Notes: generated from the letters alone by a model not told the origin. 64,000 nucleotides of DNA from Naegleria gruberi (GCA_000004985.1 GG738890.1), one strand, 5' to 3'. Counted from the stretch's first letter, positions 12,137 through 24,535 are shown. Numbers and translations: made by a program.

Positions 12137-12325
12137 ATTTGTGTTTTATATTGTTATTAGTTGGATTACTCTGCAATCAGGATTTGTTGATGATTAAATT
12201 GTGATGAGGTTTTCCGTTTTCTTAGTTTAAAGTTTTTTCTTTTTTTTCAAATTTCAAAAATTAATTTTCTTGTTTTTTTATTTAATTTACATGTGATAAA
12301 CTAATTTACTTCATTTCCATTAATG

Positions 12326-13825
12326 TTAATGGAAATCTAAGAGGGATTGATTGGCCACTGCTCCATTTCTATGAGCACGAGGGGTTACTGCAGAAATTTT
12401 AACCCTCTTACTATCAAATTTTTGTTTGGCTCTGTCCACCAATTGACACATTAATTTGAAATTTTCAACAACAATCATTTGATAAATTTCTTCATCTAAA
12501 TGATGTTTCTCAAAGTGAGTAAAGAATGTTGGAAAGTCATGACTATCACCAATTCCAAGCAATTCCATAATGGACTTGTTTTCAACCACATACCACTCAT
12601 AGAAGAGTTTCAACAATTTCACTCTTTTAATTCTACTTTGATTGATTGGATCTTCTTTAACTTCAGGAATATTAGCTTCTGTTCCTGGTTGAGAGCCTTC
12701 TTTCTTATCTTCTAATTGAGAAATATCAATAATTGTGCTATCTTTCTTAATGTATTGATTGAAAAGATAGAGATGGTCAATTTGGCTCAAACAGAAAACT
12801 GGTGGAGTTTGAGCTTGTCTATTGTACATATTGACTAAATACTGATAGAAACTCATCACCGAGTTCCTTTCTTGACTTACAAGTTCTTGTGTGTCTTTCA
12901 TTGGAATTGGGACGAAAATTGCATCAATTTTCAATTCCTCTTCCTTTTCTTTGAGATGAGCAAAAAAGTGTTCCAATCTCTCCTTCATAACTCGTGTGAA
13001 TAGAGCTGGGCAGTCAATGAGAGAAATTCTTGAGAAATCAGACTGATTAATTCGCTCAATGGAAGCCAAGTGATTGGTGTAAGATCTCAAATCTTCTTCA
13101 TCTTCACTGACACTCCAATTTTCGTTAGAGTTTTGTAAATGAGAAGAATTACCAACAATGAATGGATTGGTGAGATCTGAGTTAAGATTCTTGCACGTCA
13201 TGTTCAAAAGAGTGGACTTTCCACTTCCAGTTTCAGATAGAGGAATGAATCTGAATTGGTAATCTTTTTCTGGGAAATTTTTCAAACTTTCAATAAGTTT
13301 AGTTCTCTGCGCATCAACAGAACCGTCATCACTCAACAATGCCTTAGTAGCAGCTGAGTAACTTTTCGTAGTCAACTCTCTAGTTGACAAACAAGTTGTC
13401 TCTGCACTGAGTTCCAATCTGAAGCTTGCGCAATTAGGTGGAGCAATGACAAGAAAACGACGTGTATTAATTGTTTGGTTTTCATGCTCTCCAATCTCAG
13501 TGACCTCATCCTCACCAGTGAGAGTGAAGATTTTCTGAGTGACCTTTGATTGTGGAAAGTATACTTTCAAGGTCATTGTTGGTAAACTGGAAGAATCAAA
13601 TAAATCTCTTGGGAGTGTAACTTCCCAAAGGCAATTACCGAGTTTTTTGATGGATAGCTCCTTAAGGGTTGGTTCTTCTGGCTGGTTGGTTTGAAATTGA
13701 TGGTATGAAGAAGATTGCTTGTTTCCCATGTTCTTGTTTTCTTGTTTTTTTTGTTTGTTATTGAGATTTGTGGAGTTCAGACTGGTTTCTCTAATGGAGA
13801 TGGAAATGGCTAGTATTTGCTTCAC
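12326..13825 (-). CDS. P-loop GTPase-like protein (AIG1/IIGP/septin-type TRAFAC GTPase)
   Basis: Walker A/G1 motif SETGSGKST. A DxPG-like G3 motif (IDCPA) follows about 70 aa downstream. N-terminal Asn/Gln-rich tract. Confidence 0.45.
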   Translation of the reverse strand: MKQILAISISIRETSLNSTNLNNKQKKQENKNMGNKQSSSYHQFQTNQPEEPTLKELSIKKLGNCLWEVTLPRDLFDSSSLPTMTLKVYFPQSKVTQKIFTLTGEDEVTEIGEHENQTINTRRFLVIAPPNCASFRLELSAETTCLSTRELTTKSYSAATKALLSDDGSVDAQRTKLIESLKNFPEKDYQFRFIPLSETGSGKSTLLNMTCKNLNSDLTNPFIVGNSSHLQNSNENWSVSEDEEDLRSYTNHLASIERINQSDFSRISLIDCPALFTRVMKERLEHFFAHLKEKEEELKIDAIFVPIPMKDTQELVSQERNSVMSFYQYLVNMYNRQAQTPPVFCLSQIDHLYLFNQYIKKDSTIIDISQLEDKKEGSQPGTEANIPEVKEDPINQSRIKRVKLLKLFYEWYVVENKSIMELLGIGDSHDFPTFFTHFEKHHLDEEIYQMIVVENFKLMCQLVDRAKQKFDSKRVKISAVTPRAHRNGAVANQSLLDFH

Positions 13826-14274
13826 GTTTTTGTTGTTCCTAATTGAGGTATGTCGCTTCTTAATGGGGTTTTCATTATCGTGCCGATAGATTTTTTCATC
13901 ACGTTTGCGCTTAATTAGTTTCTTTCATTGACTACTATTAAATTTTCATTTGTTTTACGATTTATTCAATTGAGGAATATTAAGGAATTATTTATTGCAA
14001 CAAACATTTTAAAGTTTCAAATGCACTTTTCCAATTTAAAAGAAATGACTGTTTAATAGGAAAGTTATTAACAAACGAAATTTATCTAAAAATTGATAAC
14101 AACAAATTTCCAAATCACGTTTCGAAAAATAAACGAACATTTAACATGTTCCAATAATTCCCTAGATGATTGACTACATCAGATTGAGATTTGTCTTTCA
14201 AATTTAAGAAAATTACCAATGTTATAAAGATTTATTCATTATAAACTCTTTTGTAAGATTCCATTTGAAAGTAA

Positions 14275-14958
14275 TTAATATTCATTTTCATCTTGATTGA
14301 TCAAACGAATGTTATCATTATCAACAAGGTTATCATCATCTTCCTCATTGATAGGTTCCTCTTCCTCAGGATTTATTTCAAATGAAAATTGTAGCTCTCT
14401 ATCTGAAACCTCAATTCTTGGAAGTTTGGTCAAATATCTTGTAGGAGCAAATTTTAACGAAAGTAAATTAATAAAATCCGAATCATATTTGGCAAACCAT
14501 TGAATTCCAATTCTAATAGTTTTTTGATTTTCTTCCAATACATAATTTTCCAAAGTAATTTGACAATTAGAGTGGAATTCCTTAATTTTCTTTCCTCTTT
14601 GATAAATTGTGAATCCAAATCCAATTGTTGGAACTGTGATCACCACAACACATACCAAAATTGGATAAATAACATTAACATATCGGGAAAGTAATATAAT
14701 TGCAATAATTGAAATAATTGTAACCACAACCATAATCACAGCATATATAAATGCCGTATATTTCATCAATCTATCGGAAGCATCAACATTTCTCACACAC
14801 TTCCTCACAATTTTAGAACAATTTTGCAAAAATGATTTGAAATGTTGCCGATTGATTCGATTTTCAAAATTCAATGGATAGGGCGATGAAGGAAACCTCT
14901 TACTCTCAAAATTGAAAGGAATGGCATGTGTTTGGTTAGTAGATAGCAGTAGAGACAT
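14275..14958 (-). CDS. small membrane protein, unknown function (two adjacent TM helices)
   Basis: 227-aa ORF with hydrophobic stretches IYAVIMVVVTIISIIAIILL and ILVCVVVITVPTIGFGFTIY, and an acidic C-terminus. Confidence 0.35.
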   Translation of the reverse strand: MSLLLSTNQTHAIPFNFESKRFPSSPYPLNFENRINRQHFKSFLQNCSKIVRKCVRNVDASDRLMKYTAFIYAVIMVVVTIISIIAIILLSRYVNVIYPILVCVVVITVPTIGFGFTIYQRGKKIKEFHSNCQITLENYVLEENQKTIRIGIQWFAKYDSDFINLLSLKFAPTRYLTKLPRIEVSDRELQFSFEINPEEEEPINEEDDDNLVDNDNIRLINQDENEY

Positions 14959-15123
14959 TTTTTTCTGTTGGAGTTTTTACAAAGGTGAACGTTAATTTCC
15001 ATTTTCCTTCCAACTCGTCTTGGATTTTTTTGTAGTCAATTGAAAACTTGGTCAATTCACATCATTTCACTTGAAATACTGTAAAATATTTAAGGATAGA
15101 TTAGCTTTACCTCTGTTTTTTAT

Positions 15124-16368
15124 TTAAATGTCGAGACGTTCTAATTGTTTCATTCGTTGAAGGAATTTTTCTCCAACTTGAGAAATATCATTTGAATAAA
15201 TACTGAGAATTGTCAAGCTTTTTGATTGACTAATGAATTTCGCTCCATTGTCACCAATGTTATTTTCACAAATATTAAGAGTAGTCAATCGTTTCATTCC
15301 ACTAATGTGTTTAGCTCCCCTTTCACCAATATCATTACCACAAATATAAAGACTGTCCAACTGTTTCATTTCACTAATGTTTTTAGCACCTTCATGGCCT
15401 AATTGATTATATCCAATACCAAGAAATTTCAATTGTTGAAGTGCACTTATTTGTTTAGCTCCATTACTTTCAATGTTACAGGAAAAAATATTAAGATTAG
15501 TCAATTGAGACATTGCTCCAAGATATTTTGCTCCATCACCAATCTTTGCATTATTAATAGAGAGAGAAGTTAATTGTTTCATAGAACTAATGTGTCTAAC
15601 ACCTTCAATACCAATAAGATTGAAACTAATATCAAGTTCGGTCAATTGATTCATTCCACTGATGTGTTTAGCTCCTTCATCTCCAATATTATTAGTAAGA
15701 ATATAAAGACTAGTCAATTGTTTCAGTTCACTAATAGATTTAGCTCCTTCATCTCCAATTTCATTTTTGGAAATATCTAGATATGTTAATTGTTTCATTG
15801 AACTAATGTGTTTAGCTCCCTCTGTACCAATGCAATAACAATTCCCGCTAATATTAAGTTTAGTTAATTGACTCAGTTGACTAATGTATTTAGCACCTTC
15901 CTTATCTATATTATTGATACTTATATCAAGATTTCTTAATTGTTTCAATTGACTAATGTATTTTACCTCATCTGTACCAAGATTGTTATATTGTACATCA
16001 AGATCAGTCAATTGTTTCATAAATTCCAATATTTTACAATCGAACATAATTGTTAAACTTTCCCTATCTACTTTCAAAGTTTCAATATTTTGTAAAAATT
16101 GACCTTTCAACTTGTCATCATTGTTACATTTTAGCGAAAGTTTACCTCTTTCCACAACAACATTCAACCATTGTTTAGAAACTAAGGCACAATTCATTAC
16201 AATAAATTTAAAATCATTGGCGTGAAAGGATAAAATTTCATCAAGTACATCATCAGGAAAAGGAGAATGAAAATTGTTCATTGGCTTCACAGTGGTAGTA
16301 GTAGTGGTAGTGCTGGTTGATTCTGCTGCAACAGGTTTGCTTGTTTGATGTTGACACATTTTTTTCAA
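15124..16368 (-). CDS. F-box / RNI-type leucine-rich-repeat protein
   Basis: N-terminal F-box-like DDVLDEILSF...WLNVV. It is followed by at least 11 tandem 24-28 aa repeats matching L(T/S)xLxIxxNxIGxEGAKxIS (ribonuclease-inhibitor-type LRR). Confidence 0.6.
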   Translation of the reverse strand: MKKMCQHQTSKPVAAESTSTTTTTTTVKPMNNFHSPFPDDVLDEILSFHANDFKFIVMNCALVSKQWLNVVVERGKLSLKCNNDDKLKGQFLQNIETLKVDRESLTIMFDCKILEFMKQLTDLDVQYNNLGTDEVKYISQLKQLRNLDISINNIDKEGAKYISQLSQLTKLNISGNCYCIGTEGAKHISSMKQLTYLDISKNEIGDEGAKSISELKQLTSLYILTNNIGDEGAKHISGMNQLTELDISFNLIGIEGVRHISSMKQLTSLSINNAKIGDGAKYLGAMSQLTNLNIFSCNIESNGAKQISALQQLKFLGIGYNQLGHEGAKNISEMKQLDSLYICGNDIGERGAKHISGMKRLTTLNICENNIGDNGAKFISQSKSLTILSIYSNDISQVGEKFLQRMKQLERLDI

Positions 16369-16636
16369 GTTTTTGGAACTTTATAAAGTTTTGTCATGCA
16401 CGTATTAAAGATTACAACATTAAAAGAACGGGTAAATGCAATCTAAACATTTTGTTACATTTCCAGTAACAGATTCCCATGTAGAGATGTTTGGTAAATA
16501 AGGTTTTACAATGGGTCGAATCAATTGGCAGAAACATTATCATTGTCATGGTGGAAGTTTCATCACCAATATTCACACATGTACAATTTCTAAACATCAT
16601 GTAGATGCTCTAATAGGTGTTGAGAGTTTGATATCT

Positions 16637-17356
16637 TTATTTGCATTGATATTCTTCATTTCCATTACAAACACCAACCTTACCATGACTGACTTTAATT
16701 CTAGTTTCACACTTATCAATACTTCCAGTAAATGTTTCAACAGAATAATCTGTTGAATTACATGATCTATATCTTGGTCCATATAAATTCCATTCACAAA
16801 GTTCAACAACTTCTCCAATTGCCTTAACTATTTTGTTCTTGCTGCAATTTTCATTATCAGTGGAATCTTCATGTTGAACTTGCCACAACATTTTTGGAAT
16901 GGTTTCTAATGGCAACTTTCCACATACTCGATGCATCATACCAATTCCTATTTTAGCACAGGAAAAGATATTGGAAGAAGATTTTCCAGAACAATATTTA
17001 CATGTTTCATCACAATCACGATCAACCACGAATTCTCTTTCATTGCAATAGGCCTTTTGGTAATTGTCTGGTCCAACTTTGATACATGATTCTGATGCCT
17101 TGTAGAGTGGTTGCAATTCCAGCTTGATTAATGATGCCATTTTACATTCTCCTCCTTGGAAGTAATAATCCTGATAGAAAAGGTCTGTTGTTGAATTATT
17201 ATTCACTATTATCGGAGCAACATCTTTCAATTTTGATGATGCTGATGATAATGGTGTTGTACGAATATTCAAACCATTGGCAAAGGAAACACAAGACGAG
17301 AAACCAATAACGACAATAATCAATAGGAGAAAATTGAAAGTGTTGTTGTTGCACAT
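16637..17356 (-). CDS. secreted cysteine-rich protein, unknown function
   Basis: N-terminal signal-peptide-like segment (LLLIIVVIGFSSCVSFANG). About 20 Cys residues, and no TM segment after the signal. Confidence 0.4.
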   Translation of the reverse strand: MCNNNTFNFLLLIIVVIGFSSCVSFANGLNIRTTPLSSASSKLKDVAPIIVNNNSTTDLFYQDYYFQGGECKMASLIKLELQPLYKASESCIKVGPDNYQKAYCNEREFVVDRDCDETCKYCSGKSSSNIFSCAKIGIGMMHRVCGKLPLETIPKMLWQVQHEDSTDNENCSKNKIVKAIGEVVELCEWNLYGPRYRSCNSTDYSVETFTGSIDKCETRIKVSHGKVGVCNGNEEYQCK

Positions 17357-17600
17357 TTTTTTTTAATAAGGTTCTCAAAAAATCTACGGCGGTTACATTG
17401 AGCAGTCCTTCATGAAAATAATTACACAATTCGGTTTCACAGTTACTAATAACATGAAATTGATTTCTTGTTGGAAGAAAAATAGATTGCATTTGTTTGG
17501 AGGAGTGATCTTTGGTGCATACAGTTTAGTAAGTTGAAAGACAATTTGAAAAGTTTGATTTTTTTATTTTTTGAACTAGTAGTTAAGGTTGGTGTATCAA

Positions 17601-20285
17601 TTACTTATTGAAAGTATTGTTACAGTAGGCAACATAGTCATAACCGTCACCCTTCTTTGGCATTTGTTGCAACAAGAAATCAGCTTCAGCTGGTTCCATA
17701 ACAGATCTCAATTGAGCTTCTGTGATAAAGTCCTTTTCACCTGCCAATTGCTTGAATGATTCCATAACGTCCTCATAACCAGAACCTTCAGAACCAATTC
17801 TTCTCATGTAACCCAAGAATTCATTGAATTCAACGAAACCATCCTTATCAGTATCAACGACAGCAAAGACCTTTTCGACTTCCTTATCATCAATATCTTC
17901 ACCCAATGAACAGACACAGGCCTTGAAATCTTGCTTTGACAACTTGCCATCTTTGTCCTTATCAAAGTACTTGAAGGTTTCTCTAAAGTCCTTAATTTGT
18001 TCTTCAGTCAAACCTTCGTTCTTATCAGTGAGGAGAGTGGATTCAATTTCGTAGATTGACTTGTCGACGAACTTTTCCAAATTGTCACGAACTGACTTGA
18101 TTTCAGATTCAGTAACCTTTGACAATTCGAGAATTTCACGAGCTTCCAAATCCTTCAAGACAGAGATCAAGGATTCGTATTGCTTTTCAGATTCAGCTCT
18201 GATAACAGCAGCTTGTTCCTTAACCTTTTGCAATTGTTCTTCGAGATTTTCAGTGTTTTGTCTGATAGTGTTCAAACCGTCCTTTTGTTCAACAGCAAAT
18301 TCAGTGTACTTGTCACACAATTGAGCGAATTGAGCCAACAATTCTTCGTTACCTGACAATCTTCTCTTTTCTTCTTCCAAATTCTTCTTTCTGTCAGAAA
18401 TGAGGTTACCAGCTTCCTTGAATTGGTTGTCCAAATCATTGTTATTAACAGCAGAGTATAAGTTTGGATCACCACCAGCATTCTTAATTTCATCAACCAA
18501 TTGATTGATAGCATCCAACAATGGAGCTTGTTCAGCATGACGATTTTCAACGTCACCCAAAATGTCAACAAAGACGTCAACATCCTTAACACTTGAAGCA
18601 GTGATTGGTTCGAGCAAAGCAAGGGAAATATCATCCAAGAACATGGCCAAACCTTCAGATTTCTTAGCCAAATCCAAACACTTGCCCAACAATGCTTCCA
18701 AGTTCTTCAATCTGTCGTCTAATTCTTGTTTCTTATCATCAGACTTTTGCTTGACATCATCTTGACCATTCTTCAACTTATCCATAGTTGACTTGACTTC
18801 TGGAGCAGCTTCATGTCTACCTTCAACAATCTTATCACCAATAGCATTGGTTTCATTCAATGACTTGTTAACACCAGCCAATTCATCTTCAAAGGTTTCG
18901 TGAATGTTAATCTTGGCTTGCAATGCTGAGACAGTATCTAACTTGTTCAAATCTTCCTTGAAGTAACCCTTATTCTTACCATCTTGCCATTCAGAAATCT
19001 TCTTGGCACGAACTCTGAAACGAGACAATAAGATTTCCAACTTCTTCATCAAAGTGATATGTTCTCTCAAGGCCTTATCATAAGTATCTTGCTTCTTGTT
19101 CAAACCGTCCCACTTGTCATTGATGGTGGCAGTTGACAAATCAGTTGGTGGATTGTAGATTGGTAAACCTTCGTTCTTTTGCTTGGTACGAATGTTGGAC
19201 AATAACAATTCCAAATCGTTCTTTTCTGATGATTGATTTGGCTTTTCTTGATCCTTGAACTTTCTGAATTCTTCCTTCTTATCTTCAGCTTTGGCCAATG
19301 AATCACCAAAGTGTTCGAAAGTTGGATCAGAAAGTGAGTCAGTGTTGGTATCAATCCAGTCAACCAAAGCTTGAGCACGCTTTTCATAATCATTCTTCAT
19401 GTTGTTCAATTCTTGTTCACGTTGAGCAACCTTAGCCAATTTACGACCAGCCTTTTCATTTCTATTACTGGAAGCGAAACGTTTCCAATAATAAGCAACA
19501 TAGGTCATGACTGACTTATCATCAGGAGTAAACTTGATCATGTCATCAGCATCTAACAATTGTGGAATATCCAAATGCTTTTCAGCAACATCAAAGGCAA
19601 GTTGGAGATTTTCCCTAGCATTGGTTGGATCCAAAGAGTCAAAATCTAACAAATCAGGTCTGTGTTTGTGAATCAAGGCACAGAAAGCCAAACCATCTTG
19701 CCATGATCCCTTGAAATCTTTAACATTGACATTGTTGTAACCCTTGGTCTTTTTCTTACACCACAACAATAAACCTTCTCTGGCAGAAAGTTCTATTCAT
19801 TTGGAAGAGTTGACGAGTTGAAAAAGTGATGATTGACAGGTGATTGAATTAAGCCAGCAATCAATCAAAAATTAAAAAGTGTTAAATAATACTGTTAAAT
19901 ACATGATAACAAACATACCATCTTCAGAAATGTCTTGAATTTCAAACTTGTGAATCAAACACCAAATCATACCCAAGATTTGTGTCTTTTCCTTATTGAC
20001 AATTTGTTCAGCAGAGAATTGCAAACGAATACCAACACTTCCAATGAAACTGTTGACTTTATCAACAACCAAATTCAAGTTGGCAATCTTGTGGAACTTC
20101 ATACGTGGATTAGCATAGAATTGACCCAAGGTTTCATCAGAAATGACTTCATACAAGTGAATCAATGGGACACCTGTTTCGAATTCTTCAATGATATCTT
20201 CGACTTGGATGCTTCTCTTACGGAGATGAGAGTTGACCCACTTGGTGAAGGCTCTCATTTGGATACGTTCCCATTCAGCAGACAT
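17601..20285 (-). CDS. alpha-actinin (exon 1 ~19919-20285, 126-nt intron ~19793-19918, exon 2 17601-19792)
   Basis: Exon 1 encodes CH domain 1 (AFTKWVNSHL). Exon 2 encodes CH2 (KGLLLWC..GLAFCALIHKHRPDL), four spectrin-like repeats and C-terminal EF-hands (DKDGKLS, DTDKDGFVEF). Donor G|GTATGT, acceptor AATAG. The two track ORFs are in the same frame, which fits an intron of 126 nt. Confidence 0.85.
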
Positions 20286-20908
20286 TTTTTGTGTTTACTG
20301 GTAAAGTGTTGTACAGAGGGTTGGTTTTGTTTTTTTTTAAAAATGTTTACTTCTTGTGTGTGAATTTGATCAACTTTTGATTGATGGGTTTTGATGATTG
20401 ATGGGAGTGTCAAGTTGTCAATACGAGAGAAAAAGTGATGAGAGCTGGAAAAAACCTTTCACTGCTCTCTTCAGTCATGTGCAAAGATAACCCAAAGCTG
20501 TTAACAAGTGGCTAAATTTAATCAAGTTTTATCAAGTGTCAGCAACCATCTTGCTTTGGATGTTTTTTAAGGTTGACTTGATGGTTTATTTTTACAATGA
20601 ATATTCAATTTGGTAAGAAATGCTCTCGAGAATATCTTCCAATGTTGATTGAATTGCATAATGTCTTGTTGAATTGTTAAAAGATATTGTAAAATATTTA
20701 GGAAGTTGCAAAGGATGAGTCAACATAAAAATTTGGAATATTTAAAAACTTGGAAAAAAACAATTTCGATGTTGAATATGACAACCAATTAATGACGACT
20801 TGAAGAGGAGTTCGAGTTCATGAGGATTCGTGTCTGTCTGTGAATTTTATGTTATGTTGTTATTTTTTGACATGTAAGTGATGTGTTTATTGTAAAGTAT
20901 TTAAAAAA

Positions 20909-22144
20909 ATGAATCGAGATGTGTTGGGAGAGATTTTCAAGTTTTTGGATTTTTCGAATGTGATTCCAGTTGCATTGGTTTGTAGGGAGTGGTCGGAAGT
21001 GATGCATTCTGAAAATTTGTGGAAAGTTTATTTCAACTCGTTTTGTTATTCGAAAGACCAATTATTATTGGAAAGTCAATGTAAAGATATTAAAAATTAT
21101 TGGAAGAATCAAATCATGGAACGATGTAGTGCATTCTGCTGTAAATTGCCGGCAAGAAGATTTATCGGATCACAAAAACTAAACCTTTCTCTTTCGCATT
21201 CGTATTTTCCTTCATCAGATTCGAATTATTTTAGTTGCTTTTTCAAAGTACTTTGTTCAAGGATAGAGATAGAATCTGCCAAGTTAATTTCTCTAAGTGG
21301 CGAAGAAGGATTGTCAGTTCCATTCCTTTCGGAAAGTTTTAATTTTTCACAAACACTAAACTTTAAGATTCGTCTAAAAATTGAAGGATTATCCGAATTG
21401 CTCATAGCAAGAGTGTATAATGTTCCTAAATATTCGAAAGGCTCAATATCAAGAAATTATTTCATGTACTTTGCATTGGAATCGGATGATTTATCAAATT
21501 TACAATATTTAACACCACCAATGGTAAAACTCAATCAGGTAAAATCACTGAAAAGATCATTCCTATTCGAATTTATTAAGAAGGACAGGTTTGGATCAAT
21601 AACTGGTCAGGAATATCTCATTGAAAGAATTCTTTCACAAATATTTCCACCACACTTGTTGAAAAGTGAAATTGAGAAACAGGAAATGGCATCCATGTGG
21701 TGTCTTATCATTGGTAGAATTCTCTCCTTATTGGATGCAAGTAGGTTGACAGATCATAAAGAGGTTTGGAAGTTTATTCCATTCACAAAATCAAAACAGA
21801 ATGAGGAATCACTTGTGTATGCATTCAGGAGGGGAATTTATAGAGAAAGAGCAAAAATAATAGCTCATCGAGTGCTACCAAATGATAAATATGTGAAATT
21901 TATGAAGGGGAGAGAGTCTGACTCGTTTGCTTCATTCGAAGAGTTGAAAATGCAAAAAGTAGAAATAATTTCAATGGAGCATAGAAAAGTGGTAATGGCC
22001 AAATCTCTGGATTATTCAAACTCGGGAGCTCTAGGAAATGTGTCCATCAACAAGGAAATATTGAAACAAATCAAACTGATGGCACTTTCTGATGAATTTA
22101 TGAAATATTATTTGGACTATAAATTCTCTAGGATTAAGGAATAG
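20909..22144 (+). CDS. F-box domain protein
   Basis: N-terminal LGEIFKFLDFSNVIPVALVCREWSEVMHSENLWK matches the F-box consensus (LP.E.L..IF..L....L.....VC+.W). Confidence 0.5.
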   Translation: MNRDVLGEIFKFLDFSNVIPVALVCREWSEVMHSENLWKVYFNSFCYSKDQLLLESQCKDIKNYWKNQIMERCSAFCCKLPARRFIGSQKLNLSLSHSYFPSSDSNYFSCFFKVLCSRIEIESAKLISLSGEEGLSVPFLSESFNFSQTLNFKIRLKIEGLSELLIARVYNVPKYSKGSISRNYFMYFALESDDLSNLQYLTPPMVKLNQVKSLKRSFLFEFIKKDRFGSITGQEYLIERILSQIFPPHLLKSEIEKQEMASMWCLIIGRILSLLDASRLTDHKEVWKFIPFTKSKQNEESLVYAFRRGIYRERAKIIAHRVLPNDKYVKFMKGRESDSFASFEELKMQKVEIISMEHRKVVMAKSLDYSNSGALGNVSINKEILKQIKLMALSDEFMKYYLDYKFSRIKE

Positions 22145-22225
22145 CTAATATGATGAGAGTAATTATTATTAATGGATTATTGGACAAGAAATGTAAAATA
22201 TTCAGATACAAGGGAGAATTGAATT

Positions 22226-24535
22226 TTATTTACAACATTTGGATCGAACAAGCTTTACAATACTATAGATGGATATGGCAAGCAAATACAATGACAATCC
22301 AATGTATAATGGTGCCAAAACGAGAGAATATCTCAGTGTAATCAAGGTATCCAAACGAAGGGAGAGAAGAATTAGGAAGGTTGTAAATGGGGAAAGCAAC
22401 AAGAATACAATTGGAATGGGAGTAAGAACAGCCAAAACGGTCGTCTTTTTGGCATGAAAACCATTGTAAAATATTTTTGCTGCATAATAGGGAAGGATTG
22501 AAATATTGAAATGTATCAATAATAAACAGACATAAGCTGGTGTCAATACTTCAGACCATTTCACATGTTCTGTAAATGACATTTCATCCAGCTTTAAACT
22601 CGCTAGCACTAGTGACGTGCCTGAAGAAAGGTAAATTAAATTCACATTCATTACTAAAAGCATGATTGTTAAAAGTTGTGATATTGTTCTCTTAAAGGGT
22701 GATTTGAGTGTCCACAATCTAACACCTCTATAGGTGAAATCAACACAAGCAAAGAGTTGGAAAATATATACAGGAATTAGGAGGTATCTCCAAACAAGTT
22801 GATCTTTAAAGATCAAAAATCTTAATCCAATAACCAAAACCAAGACAGAGAACCATATTAATTGGGATGGAGCTGCCATTTTGAGTTGATAATTTGGATC
22901 ATCAATATTCTCCTGCATATCAGAGGAGAAGAAGAGTCTTCTCAAAATGACAAATAGTACGCTTGTCTCAGCATTAGAATCCTCTTCATTAGGATGAAGA
23001 AGACTTGTTGATTCGTCAGTAGATTTCTTCTTGTGAAAACGATTGTAACAAGTGAGGAAAAAGGAGGAAAGGTAAGGTACCCAACCCATCATTAAATAGA
23101 GTGAGCCAATGAAAAGAAAAAATATTGGAAGCCATAACAATGAGAATCCAGCAGGGCTTACTGTTAGCAGTGTCTCGGCACTTTCCTTTTCCAAGGTATT
23201 GTCATAGTAGAGTCCTGAGAAGATTAAACTCAATGTAATAAATAGAAGGGTGGTTAGGGAGAGTATACATAATTGAATGTACATGCAAGGTTGACATCGT
23301 TTGCTAAAAAAGATACCAATCTTGTCCTCGGCTCGTTTTCCTCGTTCCTTTTTCTTCACTGTTTTCGAGTGGTGCTTGTAAAGTATATATTGATGTTTGA
23401 GTGGTATTCTCTTGAGATGAGAACTGGATTTCAACTCTTGCCCAGCAACTTGATAAAATGATTTGCTAGAAGAGAAGGAAGAATCCCTACTCCTAATTTT
23501 GGTAACATTATCATTAATTGATCCAATTTCTGGTATATCGTCAATATTTTCCACTGGATTAATTTCACTCATGGTATTAAGTGGTGTATAAACTGTGTTT
23601 AAATCTGTAAAATTATAATTATAATAATTATCGTGAAAATCCAATTGATAGAGTACTGTTTGCATACTAATACGTTCTCGTTGTGGGAGTCTTAGTAGTA
23701 AAGATTTCCAAAACTTGTCCTCGATTGTTAAATAGTAATAGTACTTGCTAGTGAGTCCCATATTTAAATTGTCTTCCAATGGAAGGAAGGATATGATAAT
23801 TTCCACTTCATCCTTACTCAAATTATTAAAATTCATGAAAATTTCACTTGGTTCTATAAAAATATCAGCGCTCTCATGCTTTGAGCTAATATTTGATAAA
23901 ATCCCCTGAACATCTTCAGAAGTACTAGAGAAGAAGTGAGTACCAGACACTGATCTCTCCCCTTCGGCATGTATCTGTTTGATGGCATTAATTACTTGAA
24001 AATTAAATCGTTCATCTATCGACTCATTCACTCTGAGAAATTTCGGAGATGTTGGAGGTCCAGCTGTTATCGTTGTTGGCTGCTCAAACAAACTGTTGCC
24101 ATTCAATAATGTACTCGAAGTGGCATGTATTAAATTATCTGTATGTTTGAAATATCCAGAATGAAGCGATGAAGCTAAAGTACTACTTCTATTCACTTTG
24201 TTTTTCTTTTTTCGTTTGTCCTCTATTTGCCAAGTTGGTAAGGATGATGATACAATATTATTGGTGGTATTAGAATTGGTTATTGTTGTTGTTATTGTTG
24301 TTGATGATGATGAAGGAGAATCGGAATGAAGAGGTGATAAAAAGAGGTTTTTAGAATCCTCACTCTCCTCTTCAACATCTGATGATGAATTTTCAAACTC
24401 TTCTATTATTGGTTTTCCAACTTCACTTTCCAATATATTTAATTCATCGTGATGATAGGAACTGGTAGGAGCAGCAGCAACTTGTCTATTACTACCACCA
24501 CTACCACTACCAGAACGTTTCTTATGATTATTCAT
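22226..24535 (-). CDS. F-box-like domain fused to a C-terminal polytopic membrane region
   Basis: Central motif EVEIIISFLPLEDNLNMGLTSKYYYYL...FWKSLL. About 8 hydrophobic helices in the last ~330 aa. N-terminal Ser/Thr-rich region. Confidence 0.45.
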   Translation of the reverse strand: MNNHKKRSGSGSGGSNRQVAAAPTSSYHHDELNILESEVGKPIIEEFENSSSDVEEESEDSKNLFLSPLHSDSPSSSSTTITTTITNSNTTNNIVSSSLPTWQIEDKRKKKNKVNRSSTLASSLHSGYFKHTDNLIHATSSTLLNGNSLFEQPTTITAGPPTSPKFLRVNESIDERFNFQVINAIKQIHAEGERSVSGTHFFSSTSEDVQGILSNISSKHESADIFIEPSEIFMNFNNLSKDEVEIIISFLPLEDNLNMGLTSKYYYYLTIEDKFWKSLLLRLPQRERISMQTVLYQLDFHDNYYNYNFTDLNTVYTPLNTMSEINPVENIDDIPEIGSINDNVTKIRSRDSSFSSSKSFYQVAGQELKSSSHLKRIPLKHQYILYKHHSKTVKKKERGKRAEDKIGIFFSKRCQPCMYIQLCILSLTTLLFITLSLIFSGLYYDNTLEKESAETLLTVSPAGFSLLWLPIFFLFIGSLYLMMGWVPYLSSFFLTCYNRFHKKKSTDESTSLLHPNEEDSNAETSVLFVILRRLFFSSDMQENIDDPNYQLKMAAPSQLIWFSVLVLVIGLRFLIFKDQLVWRYLLIPVYIFQLFACVDFTYRGVRLWTLKSPFKRTISQLLTIMLLVMNVNLIYLSSGTSLVLASLKLDEMSFTEHVKWSEVLTPAYVCLLLIHFNISILPYYAAKIFYNGFHAKKTTVLAVLTPIPIVFLLLSPFTTFLILLSLRLDTLITLRYSLVLAPLYIGLSLYLLAISIYSIVKLVRSKCCK

